Shown piece after piece: positions 50,605-60,165 of a stretch of 64,000 nt of DNA. A program made the translations under genes and the position numbers. Position 1 is the stretch's first letter. Each line of letters begins with the position of its first letter. This stretch comes from a virus: the IMG/VR virus record IMGVR_UViG_3300033143_005857, positions 12,387-76,386 of that record, one strand, 5' to 3'. Below the pieces are notes generated by a model that saw nothing but the letters and a program-made list of their open reading frames with translations, did no database searches and was not told where the DNA came from.

Positions 50605-51956
50605 TTTCCATCTTCCTCTTCGGTTTCGTCTGCAGCATCATCGTCAGAATCAATTGTGTCAGTTTCATCTATGATTGGGTCAACAGTTCCTTCTGCTTCG
50701 TGGTTATCTTCTGTTCCACCACTTTCATCTTCGATGTCTTCTGGCTCAACTAAATCTTTAACGATAATACCGCTAACTTGGATGCTCGGTCGTCCCATTT
50801 CGTCCAGCACTTCGTTAGTAGCCATATCTTTCTTAAGGCTTGCACTCGTTTTACCAAACATAATAACAGTGCTGTATTTACCGAAACCAAACTCAAAGTT
50901 TGGATTTATCCAACAGTTTACTGATTCAAGGATGTCTTCACTGTCGTCATCACCAAATCCAAGCGATTCATCATCAATAAGCATTCGATGGTTATTATCA
51001 TTATCACTTTCAATAATATCAATTACTTGCCCTTCAGTAACAACAATACGATTGCAAAATTGCCGTGTGCCGTCAGCGTTTTCTTCCATAAAAGAGTCAT
51101 GATATTCTTGCAGTTCTCCAAGCGGAACATAGAAATTTGCAAAGTGTTCTGGAATTGAGTCTAAATCAAGTTCCAAATCTTCCATTAAGTTCCATTTTGT
51201 TACAGTAGTTGCATTAAGTTCCCATGATTCTTCGTTGTCTTTGCTTGTCTTATTTGTAGCCTTTGATTTATACCATTTACCAAGATCAAACCCAGCACCT
51301 ACAAATGATTTACCAGTAGGGTCTGCAAGTCTACCACTTATGGTCATTTCAAAAGGACGCAATTTTTCATCATCAATTGTTAAAAATGATTCACCAGTAT
51401 CCTCATCTATTGCTTTTTTGTTGAGAGGAGCACCTAATCCACCAATTGTCATAATGTAGGCATGTTCTGGCAGAGGTTTGCCAAAATTCCTATTATCCTT
51501 TCCAGCTTTTGTTTTTGGTCGCTCGTCAATTGGTATTACAGTTTTCTTTCCCCTTGAATCCCTATCAATCCTTACAAGCTTTTTCTTTTTTGCTTCTGCT
51601 GGATTTTTGGAATGAGCGTCAATATTTGCCTTATACCGTCTTGCACCGTAATCAAATGGATCACCAGCATATAACGGTGCGAGTCCCCAAGGAGCTGCAG
51701 ATGACCGTGTTTCGTTTTTATATTTTCCGTATAGATTTCGTCTCGCTGTCGCAAAGCATTTCTGCTTAGTCCAACGTTCTCCGTGTTTTTCCTGCAATTC
51801 GACTGCAATTGCTTGCAGTTCTGCTTCAAGAACCTCTACTGGACGTTTCATTTTTCTTGCCCAGCCAGTTAAGAAGGTTGTATCATACTCATCCTTCTTT
51901 TTGGTTGTTTTCTTTTTAGCAGTTGTTTTCTTTTTCGTTGTTTTCTTTTTAGCCAT
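50598..51956 (-). CDS. putative ssDNA-binding protein (OB folds)
   Basis: Adjacent to Sak4-like ATPase; acidic C-tail; Lys-rich N-tail. Confidence 0.45.
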   Translation of the reverse strand: MAKKKTTKKKTTAKKKTTKKKDEYDTTFLTGWARKMKRPVEVLEAELQAIAVELQEKHGERWTKQKCFATARRNLYGKYKNETRSSAAPWGLAPLYAGDPFDYGARRYKANIDAHSKNPAEAKKKKLVRIDRDSRGKKTVIPIDERPKTKAGKDNRNFGKPLPEHAYIMTIGGLGAPLNKKAIDEDTGESFLTIDDEKLRPFEMTISGRLADPTGKSFVGAGFDLGKWYKSKATNKTSKDNEESWELNATTVTKWNLMEDLELDLDSIPEHFANFYVPLGELQEYHDSFMEENADGTRQFCNRIVVTEGQVIDIIESDNDNNHRMLIDDESLGFGDDDSEDILESVNCWINPNFEFGFGKYSTVIMFGKTSASLKKDMATNEVLDEMGRPSIQVSGIIVKDLVEPEDIEDESGGTEDNHEAEGTVDPIIDETDTIDSDDDAADETEEEDGKW

Positions 51957-51957
51957 T

Positions 51958-52161
51958 TCACGTCAAATCCTTATTATCGAATTCGTAAATAAGATACGTC
52001 TTATGAGCTTTTTTAAGAATGGAAACGTCTGCTTCACAGCCCACCTTAATTCTCCAACCATCTTCAACCTCTTTAGGTATCTCTATGATATCGTTAGTGA
52101 ACCGTGCAGCTCTTTTAACTTTAACCTTAACACGTTGCTGGATTATTGTTGTATTTTCCAT
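51958..52161 (-). CDS. AbrB/SpoVT-like DNA-binding protein
   Basis: I.IPKEV....IK.G..V pattern. Confidence 0.5.
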   Translation of the reverse strand: MENTTIIQQRVKVKVKRAARFTNDIIEIPKEVEDGWRIKVGCEADVSILKKAHKTYLIYEFDNKDLT

Positions 52162-52268
52162 TTTAAAGCACCAATTAACATTCGTTTTAATTCACGATTT
52201 AATTGCTACTTTAACTATAAACTTTTATATTAATAAAGTTTGTTAAGTATTCAGTAATAGAAAAACCT

Positions 52269-52345
52269 TTTCGTAAACGAATCGTGGGTTTCGTAAACGA
52301 TATAGCATTTCGTAATGTTTACAAATTACGTTTCGTAAGCGAAAT
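52269..52345. repeat. four TTTCGTAA direct repeats at a divergent promoter region
   Basis: Copies at 52269, 52289, 52308, 52331. Confidence 0.65.
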
Positions 52346-52408
52346 TTATACGCTTCGAAACAAAAATGAGTTGATATCTTGGGTTTGAAACACGAAACAG
52401 AAAGCCAA

Positions 52409-53383
52409 ATGTCCCATCGGGTGTTTAAATGGTATAAAGCCAAAGGAAACTTTCCGTCCGACATTTCTGAACTTGATTGTTATTATCTGCTGACAAAATA
52501 CAATTACTTTATTGCTGAACAGTTTGACTTGCCATTAATAAAGCAACTCAAACATCTGAATGATATCTTAAAGGTTAAGCATTCTGTAATTGCGTTTGGT
52601 GATTTTACGTTAAATCAATTAAATGTTGCTATCAAATCGTTTAATTTTCCTAATCATAACAAAAACAAAATGATATACATAGATACATTAGAAGAGGCTA
52701 TTGATAATCGTATTTCAATAGCTACTAATGCTTCGTCGCACTTTAAAAGCACTATTGTTTATGTGATTGATAATGTTGAAAATTTAAATAAGAAATCTGT
52801 TGACTTCCTTTTGAAAATTAACAACGAATTAATTGATTCAAACAAATATATAATTTGTTGCACTATGTTGCATGATAAGGTAAATGATAGGGTTAAAGGT
52901 AAGATAAAGCTTGCACGTCTTGGCACTGCTATAAAAGATAAAACAAGTATAAAATATCTTATCTATCTGTTATTTAATGAGACAGACAGAAGAAAGGCAT
53001 TAAATATACTCAGTGCTGCTAAAATGTCTGAATCCTACTTTTTTTCGCTTGCATCTTATAATATGTTTACGTTTTATGGAAAAGATTTAACTGTATTTAA
53101 TCATAATATGGAAGTATTGGAACATGCTAATACTATGTTATATAAGGCTTCAACAAAGAAACTATGGAGATATGTAATATTTCGGTTTATCATAACAAAA
53201 AACAAGCGTGTTATTAGATTTCCACCACGAAACAACAAACAAACAAAGAAAACGGTAATTAAAAACAATAACCGACAATTTGGCAAAAACATAAGACGGC
53301 AAACAGCATTACATTCTATTACTAATAATACAATTAAGAAACAAATAAAGCGTAAGAGCGTTTTAAATTATGGCAAAAAATAA
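52409..53383 (+). CDS. degenerate clamp-loader large subunit-like protein
   Basis: VIDNVENL (Walker B-like), IICC, basic tail; no Walker A; upstream of RFC small. Confidence 0.45.
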   Translation: MSHRVFKWYKAKGNFPSDISELDCYYLLTKYNYFIAEQFDLPLIKQLKHLNDILKVKHSVIAFGDFTLNQLNVAIKSFNFPNHNKNKMIYIDTLEEAIDNRISIATNASSHFKSTIVYVIDNVENLNKKSVDFLLKINNELIDSNKYIICCTMLHDKVNDRVKGKIKLARLGTAIKDKTSIKYLIYLLFNETDRRKALNILSAAKMSESYFFSLASYNMFTFYGKDLTVFNHNMEVLEHANTMLYKASTKKLWRYVIFRFIITKNKRVIRFPPRNNKQTKKTVIKNNNRQFGKNIRRQTALHSITNNTIKKQIKRKSVLNYGKK

Positions 53384-53696
53384 TTTGAGTGCTATTGCTG
53401 TTAAAACAGCAAAAGATCTTGATGCAAATACTATGATTGCTAAGTCGTGTAGTTTTAGTGTGAATACGTTAGAATCCGAATCTATTAACGTTAGACGAGC
53501 AGAAAGAAAACTTGTAGATATGGTGTATTATCTTTCACGTATTTATAGTCAGAAGTGTCCAGCTACTGTTAAAGACTGGGAACACCTTGTCATGCCTAAA
53601 TTTTTAACGCTTGTTGCTCGAGGTATCGTAAGAGCAAAGATTAGAGAAAAGCGTTGTAGTGAACAAAATGTCAAAAACAATAAGCAAACTGGATGA
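53370..53696 (+). CDS. hypothetical protein
   Basis: 108-aa ORF overlapping neighbours. Confidence 0.5.
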   Translation: MAKNNLSAIAVKTAKDLDANTMIAKSCSFSVNTLESESINVRRAERKLVDMVYYLSRIYSQKCPATVKDWEHLVMPKFLTLVARGIVRAKIREKRCSEQNVKNNKQTG

Positions 53697-54648
53697 ACGT
53701 TGGCGACCAACAAGCTTTGCAGACTTGGTAGGAAACCAACCAGTAATAAGCGATGTTAGAACTATGGTAAAAAAGAAATATATACCACACTTACTTCTAA
53801 CTGGACCAGCGGGAACTGGGAAAACTTCGCTTGCGTTAGTTATCGTCAAGGAATTATTTAACGGAAACTCAAAGAGAAAATTCTGTGAGATAAATGCCAG
53901 CGATGACAACGGTATAGCAACAATTAGAGGACGGGTTAAGGAATTTGCTAAAATGTCTGGATCTCAAAATGGTGTAGACTTTAGGGTGATTATCCTTGAC
54001 GAAGCAGATAGTATGACTGATAAAGCACAAACAGCTCTTAGACGAACTATGGAAAAATATCACAAGCATTGTAGGTTTGTTTTAATTGGAAATTATAAAT
54101 GGAAATTTATAGATCCTATACAGAGTCGTTGCACTCGGTATGATTTTGTAGCAATTAAACCAGAAGAGATGCTACCACGTTTAAAATTTATTACCGAGCG
54201 TGAGAATATACGAATTGAACAAGACGCTCTTGAATATGTAGCAGATAAAGCCAACGGAGACATGCGTGCAGCATTAAATGATTACCTTGAACGCTTTAAA
54301 TTTTCAAGAAATGGTAAAATTACTCTTGCTAACGTTAAAAAATTAGCACCAACACAGCCATACGCACTTAAAATATTAAAATCGAGTTTAAATAACCGTT
54401 TTCTCAACGGCACACAACATTTCTATACAGCAATTAAAGACGGACATAACGTTCGCCAAATCATTAACCAGATTGATAGGATTTCGTATTCAAACCATAA
54501 GTATCCAGAAGCGATGATTGGGGATATTAGTATGGCATGTTTAGAAAGTGAAAAACTGATCATTGATGGTTGCACACCTAATCTTGTAGTAAATGCACTA
54601 TGTCGCAGATTGGGCATTTTAGGTAAAACTCATAAGCCGAGTAAGTGA
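53668..54648 (+). CDS. rfcS: replication factor C small subunit
   Basis: ERWRP, GPAGTGKT, INASD, ILDEAD, SRC, GDMR. Confidence 0.93.
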   Translation: MSKTISKLDERWRPTSFADLVGNQPVISDVRTMVKKKYIPHLLLTGPAGTGKTSLALVIVKELFNGNSKRKFCEINASDDNGIATIRGRVKEFAKMSGSQNGVDFRVIILDEADSMTDKAQTALRRTMEKYHKHCRFVLIGNYKWKFIDPIQSRCTRYDFVAIKPEEMLPRLKFITERENIRIEQDALEYVADKANGDMRAALNDYLERFKFSRNGKITLANVKKLAPTQPYALKILKSSLNNRFLNGTQHFYTAIKDGHNVRQIINQIDRISYSNHKYPEAMIGDISMACLESEKLIIDGCTPNLVVNALCRRLGILGKTHKPSK

Positions 54649-54653
54649 TTATT

Positions 54654-55109
54654 ATGACAAGCGGTATTTCACAAAGAAATATAGATCTTCTTAACTGTTT
54701 GAATAATAAAGGAGATTTAACACGGTCTCAATTAATGGAGCATACTGAGTTATGCTGGACAACTGTTTTCGATAATGCTAAAACGTTGATAAATTTAAAA
54801 GTAATTAGAAAATATTCTAAATATACTGGGCTTATTGGAAGACAGCCAGTATTTTTTGCTATTAAAGATAAGACAAAAACTGTTATGGAGTTGGTTAATA
54901 TCGCAAACGAAATTAAACAAATGCAGAAAAAATTAAAGTTAAAGGATGAAACTATTGATGTATTAAGCATCCAATTAGCTGAAAAGCGGACTACAATATC
55001 TAAACAACAAATAGAAATGCAGCAAATGCAAAAACGGCTTGACATATTCAAGAGAGATACTCTAACTATAAATGCTGCTATGGAAGGGCTTAAAAATGGT
55101 GGGACGTGA
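54654..55109 (+). CDS. winged-helix plus coiled-coil protein
   Basis: LTR.QL...T.L..TTV...L...GR pattern. Confidence 0.55.
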   Translation: MTSGISQRNIDLLNCLNNKGDLTRSQLMEHTELCWTTVFDNAKTLINLKVIRKYSKYTGLIGRQPVFFAIKDKTKTVMELVNIANEIKQMQKKLKLKDETIDVLSIQLAEKRTTISKQQIEMQQMQKRLDIFKRDTLTINAAMEGLKNGGT

Positions 55110-55284
55110 TTACAAGCACATAGATATCGGTTTATTAACCGATATGGCTAAGTCTGGCTATGGAGAAACGACAGAACAGAAGATACTATTTGAAAAGTTG
55201 CATAATAGGTTAAAACAAGATTGGCAGACCGAAAAAAAACCCGAAATCACCGCTGAGACAGTGATCTCGGGAAGGTTGGTATAA
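55096..55284 (+). CDS. hypothetical protein
   Basis: Short ORF coupled to the previous gene. Confidence 0.4.
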   Translation: MVGRDYKHIDIGLLTDMAKSGYGETTEQKILFEKLHNRLKQDWQTEKKPEITAETVISGRLV

Positions 55285-55462
55285 GTCGTTTTAGATTCTT
55301 TATTTTTTTGTTTTTGTTATACAATTTTACAATAGGAATTAGTCGGTTGATTTCCGCACTACATTCTTCCACCAAATAACTATTTGCAGAGTTATGGTGT
55401 CGATGTAGTATTAACAAATAAATCTCCCAAAAGGGAGAAAGCATGAGTTCTACATTGTCCAT
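55247..55462 (-). CDS. hypothetical protein
   Basis: 71-aa ORF. Confidence 0.4.
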   Translation of the reverse strand: MDNVELMLSPFWEIYLLILHRHHNSANSYLVEECSAEINRLIPIVKLYNKNKKIKNLKRLIPTFPRSLSQR

Positions 55463-55512
55463 TAGGGTTCACTTATTCTATAATTTAAATAAAAAAGGGC
55501 TAATAAATCTGC

Positions 55513-55770
55513 CTAATCAATAATACTGTTTATTATCTTAATGTTCGCACGTTTGAGCCCTAATTCATCAATAACAACGTCAATCATTTCTACAAAGCTA
55601 AAAGGCGATTGCTTAAGCCATCTTGTATAAACGTCGTCCATCTTCGCCTTAATAATGCAAACGTCCATATCCGTTTCAACAAATGTCTCTAAATAACCGT
55701 CGTTTTCGTCGTTTTCGTCTGGGTTATCTAAACCATATTTCGTGATAAACCGTAATTTTAATGTCGCCAT
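55513..55770 (-). CDS. hypothetical protein
   Basis: 85-aa ORF. Confidence 0.5.
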   Translation of the reverse strand: MATLKLRFITKYGLDNPDENDENDGYLETFVETDMDVCIIKAKMDDVYTRWLKQSPFSFVEMIDVVIDELGLKRANIKIINSIID

Positions 55771-55771
55771 G

Positions 55772-56041
55772 TTAATCAGCCGTTTTTATTTCTTCCATAC
55801 AACTCTTTAGGTTATGTAATGAAAGCCTAAATTTGTTGTGGATATCGTATGGAATCGGAGTGTTTTCCGTGCTTTTTACAAATAGTTCATACATCTTAAT
55901 CATCGTGGCTTTTCTATCTAAGCCAGTTCCGTCGCAAAATGCACATGGATAGTCGTCGTGCGTTCCTTCTTCTAATCCAGTGCCGTTGCAAGCAGAACAC
56001 TCAATTTTATGAGAGTCTTTGCTCATTTCTGTTTTCCACAT
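55772..56041 (-). CDS. DnaJ-type zinc-finger small protein (cassette ORF)
   Basis: CSACNGTG...CAFCDGTG; ATG abuts repeat copy 1. Confidence 0.65.
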   Translation of the reverse strand: MWKTEMSKDSHKIECSACNGTGLEEGTHDDYPCAFCDGTGLDRKATMIKMYELFVKSTENTPIPYDIHNKFRLSLHNLKSCMEEIKTAD

Positions 56042-56128
56042 TGATTTAACACCTTCTAAGCATTACGTGCTTAGTTTACGTGATTGCACCGAAATGGTGC
56101 AACCATACCGTAAAAAAGGAAAAAAGTA

Positions 56129-56329
56129 TTACTGTTTTCCATAAATTTTGATGTTTTCTTGTTGATCTTTTTCGTAATAAATTGAAAACATTAAACTTGT
56201 TTGAAATGCCTTCATTTTGTCAGTCATAATAAGTCCGCTGTGCCAAGCAGCAGCAATCAAATTTCCAACGTGTTCTTTGATTTTGTCGTATGCGTCTGCT
56301 TTCTCTTTATCTGTTGTTAATCGTTGCAT
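56129..56329 (-). CDS. cassette ORF, hypothetical
   Basis: Fills the space between repeat copies 1 and 2. Confidence 0.7.
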   Translation of the reverse strand: MQRLTTDKEKADAYDKIKEHVGNLIAAAWHSGLIMTDKMKAFQTSLMFSIYYEKDQQENIKIYGKQ

Positions 56330-56419
56330 TTTTTACACCTTTTTAGCAGCATAACGTGCTGCATTTACGTCCAAATCAGTATCTCTGGTTTGAATACCGT
56401 AAAAAAGTTAAAAAAGTAG

Positions 56420-56662
56420 TTATTTGTTAAGTTTGTCTTCTATTTTGGTCATTGTATCAATTGGAAGTTCGCTAACATGCAGCAAACCAATCAATCGGTA
56501 AAAGAAACGTTGCATATTAGTAATTCGTGCAGTAATCTCTGCAACTTTCATCCCGTTAGGAGAGTTCATATAACATTCGGTCAGTGAACACAAATCTGTC
56601 ACGTCTTCTTGTGTTAGGCTTATTTTCACAGTTTTATCATGTGTTAAATGTTTGAATTTCAT
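56420..56662 (-). CDS. cassette ORF, hypothetical
   Basis: Start corrected to MKFKH after the repeat RBS. Confidence 0.7.
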   Translation of the reverse strand: MKFKHLTHDKTVKISLTQEDVTDLCSLTECYMNSPNGMKVAEITARITNMQRFFYRLIGLLHVSELPIDTMTKIEDKLNK

Positions 56663-56750
56663 AAATTTACACCAGTTTGGTGGCTGTCGTGCCACCATTT
56701 ACGTGATTGCACCGAAATGGTGCAACCATACCGTAAAAAGTAAAAAAGTA

Positions 56751-56957
56751 TTACTTTGTTAAAAATAACCCGTCCAATAAACCAACCAAATACCAATATG
56801 CTTCATTTGTATAAAGCGTTTTAGTAATTGCTGATCCAACCCTAAACTGCCACATTTTTTTATCTCCAGCGGTCCAAACGTCTTGCGTGTATACGTTTTT
56901 AAAACCTTTATCGATAAATTTTTGTAATAAATTTTGTATCATTTTTGTCGTTGTCAT
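56751..56957 (-). CDS. cassette ORF, hypothetical
   Basis: Own GGTGA RBS; third gene of a 3-gene cassette. Confidence 0.65.
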   Translation of the reverse strand: MTTTKMIQNLLQKFIDKGFKNVYTQDVWTAGDKKMWQFRVGSAITKTLYTNEAYWYLVGLLDGLFLTK

Positions 56958-56970
56958 GTTTTTTCACCAA

Positions 56971-57195
56971 CTATCTCTTTTCTAAAAAAAACTGTGTTAA
57001 TGCTACCGTAATTCCAAGCGTATAACCACGCTCAAATAACTTTTCAGCATAGTGATAAGCCCACTTTAGTGTCGAAGCATTGTAAAATGATGCTTCACAG
57101 CTTAAATTTGTGCCAACAACAATATATTTTTGCTGTTTGGTTGGTTTCTGAATCATAAACACCTTTTCGTTAATTTGCTTATCAGCCATGCTCAT
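56971..57195 (-). CDS. cassette ORF, hypothetical
   Basis: ATGA overlap with the upstream gene. Confidence 0.6.
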   Translation of the reverse strand: MSMADKQINEKVFMIQKPTKQQKYIVVGTNLSCEASFYNASTLKWAYHYAEKLFERGYTLGITVALTQFFLEKR

Positions 57196-57560
57196 AACCT
57201 TTTAAGCACTGATTGGTATTTTTCAACAAGTCCATTGTAAACCGCTGTTGCTTTTCTGTAATCTGCGTCTGCTTCCCTAATCAAAGCCTTGTAATATTTT
57301 TTAAAGCAGCTTTTACAGTAGCTTTCACCACCATCTACCACTTCAACATCGTCAATATCAACAATTGTTTTACAATCAAAGCATACAGCCCAATCGTCTG
57401 AATTTTTGTGCGATGGGCATACTTCAAAGCACTTTTCGTCTTTGCATTCGTATAGTTCAACGTCGTCGTCTGTTGGCAAACCGAGTTTTTTACGTGTATT
57501 AATACACGCTCGAAATCTGGTCTCTTCGCCACGTTTGTCATGTTCTTCCCATGTTCCCAT
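57192..57560 (-). CDS. cassette ORF, zinc-finger protein
   Basis: CFDC...YCKSC. Confidence 0.7.
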   Translation of the reverse strand: MGTWEEHDKRGEETRFRACINTRKKLGLPTDDDVELYECKDEKCFEVCPSHKNSDDWAVCFDCKTIVDIDDVEVVDGGESYCKSCFKKYYKALIREADADYRKATAVYNGLVEKYQSVLKRL

Positions 57561-57649
57561 AATTTTTCACCTATTTACTGGCGTCGTCGCAGCCAGTTTT
57601 ACGTGATGATTTGGAATTCAAACCATCATACCGTAAAAAGTAAAAAAAG

Positions 57650-58066
57650 TTAGCCATACATAACTTCGCCAAATAAGGCTAACTGCAAAAAGCAATCAGC
57701 GGTTTCAGCATCTGCATTATCACCAATTAAATTAAGTGCTTGGCGATGCATCCGCTTGCCGTCCTTAGTCCGCATTTTTAGTAAACGTTCCACACCACGT
57801 CGCACAGCAGCATAGTCAAGCGTGTATTCTGCACCTTCGCTGTCGTTTGGGTCTTGGTCTGTAATAATTAAACTTCCACCATTTAGCACAATATCGTGCA
57901 TAAATCGGTCGCTTTCGTGCTTTTTATTTTTACGCACTATGCTATACCAGTAATTACTGCCACCTTCCAAAGCAGAAGCAATTAAACTGCTAACTTTGTC
58001 GTATCCAATAACAATAGGCTGCATTATATCAAACACAAATGCTTCGGTTTTTTCCATTGTTCCCAT
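57650..58066 (-). CDS. cassette ORF, phage-type hypothetical protein
   Basis: ALEGGSNYW...DAETAD.FLQ.ALFGEV.YG. Confidence 0.7.
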   Translation of the reverse strand: MGTMEKTEAFVFDIMQPIVIGYDKVSSLIASALEGGSNYWYSIVRKNKKHESDRFMHDIVLNGGSLIITDQDPNDSEGAEYTLDYAAVRRGVERLLKMRTKDGKRMHRQALNLIGDNADAETADCFLQLALFGEVMYG

Positions 58067-58152
58067 GATTTAACACCTTCTAAGCATTACGTGCTTAGTT
58101 TACGTGATTGCACCGAAATGGTGCAACCATACCGTAAAAAAGGAAAAAAAAG

Positions 58153-58356
58153 TTATTTGCTTAAAAAATCATTAAGCAAAGCGTTATCGATCTTTTTATA
58201 CAAAAAGGTCTGTGCTGGGTCGTGCTGATTTCCATATTGCTCCAACATTGCAACCGCTTCTTCTGGGCTGTCCACGTATATCATGTGAACTCGCTTGCGA
58301 ACTCGGTTTTTAAACTTTAATAAATAAAGTTTTAATTTAACATCGTTTTTTCCCAT
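58153..58356 (-). CDS. cassette ORF, hypothetical
   Basis: Start corrected to MGKND. Confidence 0.65.
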   Translation of the reverse strand: MGKNDVKLKLYLLKFKNRVRKRVHMIYVDSPEEAVAMLEQYGNQHDPAQTFLYKKIDNALLNDFLSK

Positions 58357-58443
58357 AGTTTTACACCTTTTACAAGCCATACGTGCTTGTTTTACGTAAT
58401 TGTAGCGATATGCTGCAATTATACCGTAAAAAGTAAAAAAGTA

Positions 58444-58815
58444 TTACAAATTGTCGTTGTTTAGGTCTCTAACTGCTGTTTCTATCCAATTAATTGCTTG
58501 TTCTACAGTATCTTTCAAGTCTTCGCCAGATTTAACACCAATTTTAAGCAATACAACGGTTTCTTCTAATATTTTGGTCACGTGTATTTGTTTGGCTTTA
58601 TCGTCTGTTTTTGGCTGCAAAATCGTTAAGCATTCCAAGTCTTCACTACAATCCCAGCAAGATATTTGGTAATCCCACTCGCTCGCTGCAAATATTGGCG
58701 TCATTGCTGATTTTTCCATTTTTTTATCCTTAACACACAGTTTGCAGTAAACTGCACCATTTTCGTCAGTATAACCAACGATATCGGCTGCATTCCATAA
58801 GTTGCTTTTTCCCAT
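58444..58815 (-). CDS. cassette ORF, zinc-finger protein
   Basis: Start corrected to MGKSN; YCKLC...PIF...EWD...CWDC. Confidence 0.7.
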   Translation of the reverse strand: MGKSNLWNAADIVGYTDENGAVYCKLCVKDKKMEKSAMTPIFAASEWDYQISCWDCSEDLECLTILQPKTDDKAKQIHVTKILEETVVLLKIGVKSGEDLKDTVEQAINWIETAVRDLNNDNL

Positions 58816-58906
58816 GTTTGTTTTACACCTTTTTGGTGGCTGTCGTGCCACCATTTACGTGCTATAAGCGATTTGCTTGTAGCATACCGTAAAAAGTAAA
58901 AAAGTA

Positions 58907-59110
58907 TTACTGTGTTGCGAAAAATGTATGCAACTGGTTTAATAGGTCAAATGCAAAGCGAAGGGCAAACATCTTAGCGATATAAGCCATTAACTCCCTT
59001 AGTTCTCCAGTAAATACTGGTCTTGGGTTGCTATCGGCAATAAACAACTGATATCTTGTTGATTCACCAAAGTAAACGGTGATATTGTTGGTTTCTGCTA
59101 TTTTTTCCAT
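58907..59110 (-). CDS. cassette ORF, hypothetical
   Basis: Bounded by copies 7 and 8. Confidence 0.65.
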   Translation of the reverse strand: MEKIAETNNITVYFGESTRYQLFIADSNPRPVFTGELRELMAYIAKMFALRFAFDLLNQLHTFFATQ

Positions 59111-59197
59111 ATTTTATTACACCTTTTAGCAGCCACCGTGCTGCTATTTACGTAATTGCAGCGATATGCTGTAATTATACCGTAAAAAGTAAAAAAG

Positions 59198-59455
59198 TTA
59201 AACCATATTAATTTTAAGGCTGTATACGTTGTCTTCGTCGAAGTTATTAAGGTTTTCCGCTTCTTGCTCCATAAAATCCCATAATAAAGCAACGATTTTA
59301 GGCACTTCGGTCCACTGAAACTCGCAATCCAGCGTTAAAGTAATGTTCTTAGCAAATGTTAGCCCTAAGATACGCTTTCGGGCAAACTCGACGTTGGTAT
59401 ACCAAAAACTTTTGTCTTTGATACAAAATCCGATAAATTGGGTTAAGTTATCCAT
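59198..59455 (-). CDS. cassette ORF, hypothetical
   Basis: Start corrected to MDNLT. Confidence 0.65.
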   Translation of the reverse strand: MDNLTQFIGFCIKDKSFWYTNVEFARKRILGLTFAKNITLTLDCEFQWTEVPKIVALLWDFMEQEAENLNNFDEDNVYSLKINMV

Positions 59456-59545
59456 AGTTTTACACCTTTTTGGTGGCTGTCGTGCCACCATTTACGTGAT
59501 TGCACCGAAATGGTGCAACCATACCGTAAAAGTGTTAAAAAAGTA

Positions 59546-60079
59546 TTACTTTGTTGTGTTTTTTAACCACGTATTAACGTCTGTTAGGCTTTCCAGTATA
59601 AATTTAAGCGTTTTACTATGGTTTGCATGATTATACTTACGCTCTAAGCTTTTTTTAACAGTAGCAACCATGTCGTTTGTTATTTCTAATATTTCTACTA
59701 TTTCTGGCTTATTTATTGCTACAAAATTAAAACTTAGGTTGTCCCACTCTTTTCTGTAGTTTAAATTAACCAGTTTAGCATTTGCAAACAAATTGGTAAA
59801 TGCTACATAGTTTTCAAACGTATAACCGTCGTAATAATCCACGTCGATACAAACCCTTAACTCGTTTAGTGTTGGGTTAAAATCTATTTGCGATAACCCG
59901 CACATAAACCACTGTGTTTTATACAACTGTGCCAATTCGCCAAAATGCTGCATAATTTGGTCTTTATATTGCAGTAAATTGTGTCCGCTGTTGTAAACGT
60001 TTTTGCCGTCAACTTTCTCGCAAATTGCAGTGCTTCTTTGCAAGAAAGCATTAAACTCTGTTGTGTCTTGGTTTTCCAT
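59546..60079 (-). CDS. cassette ORF, hypothetical
   Basis: Bounded by copies 9 and 10. Confidence 0.7.
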   Translation of the reverse strand: MENQDTTEFNAFLQRSTAICEKVDGKNVYNSGHNLLQYKDQIMQHFGELAQLYKTQWFMCGLSQIDFNPTLNELRVCIDVDYYDGYTFENYVAFTNLFANAKLVNLNYRKEWDNLSFNFVAINKPEIVEILEITNDMVATVKKSLERKYNHANHSKTLKFILESLTDVNTWLKNTTK

Positions 60080-60165
60080 GTTATTTTACACCTTTTACAG
60101 CCATACGTGGCTGTATTACGTGCTAACAGCGTTGTGCTGCAAGCATACCGTAATAAAGTAAAAAA

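Noticed and set aside
50179-51102. 307-aa + strand ORF and other antisense ORFs (e.g. 2930..3613, 62513..62881)
   Set aside because: Lie opposite well-supported genes; low-complexity shadow translations
56663-59491. Shared N-terminal peptide MVARQPP in three ORFs (also MACKRCK, MQHVCC)
   Set aside because: Artefact of translating through the repeat; real starts follow the AAGGTG RBS
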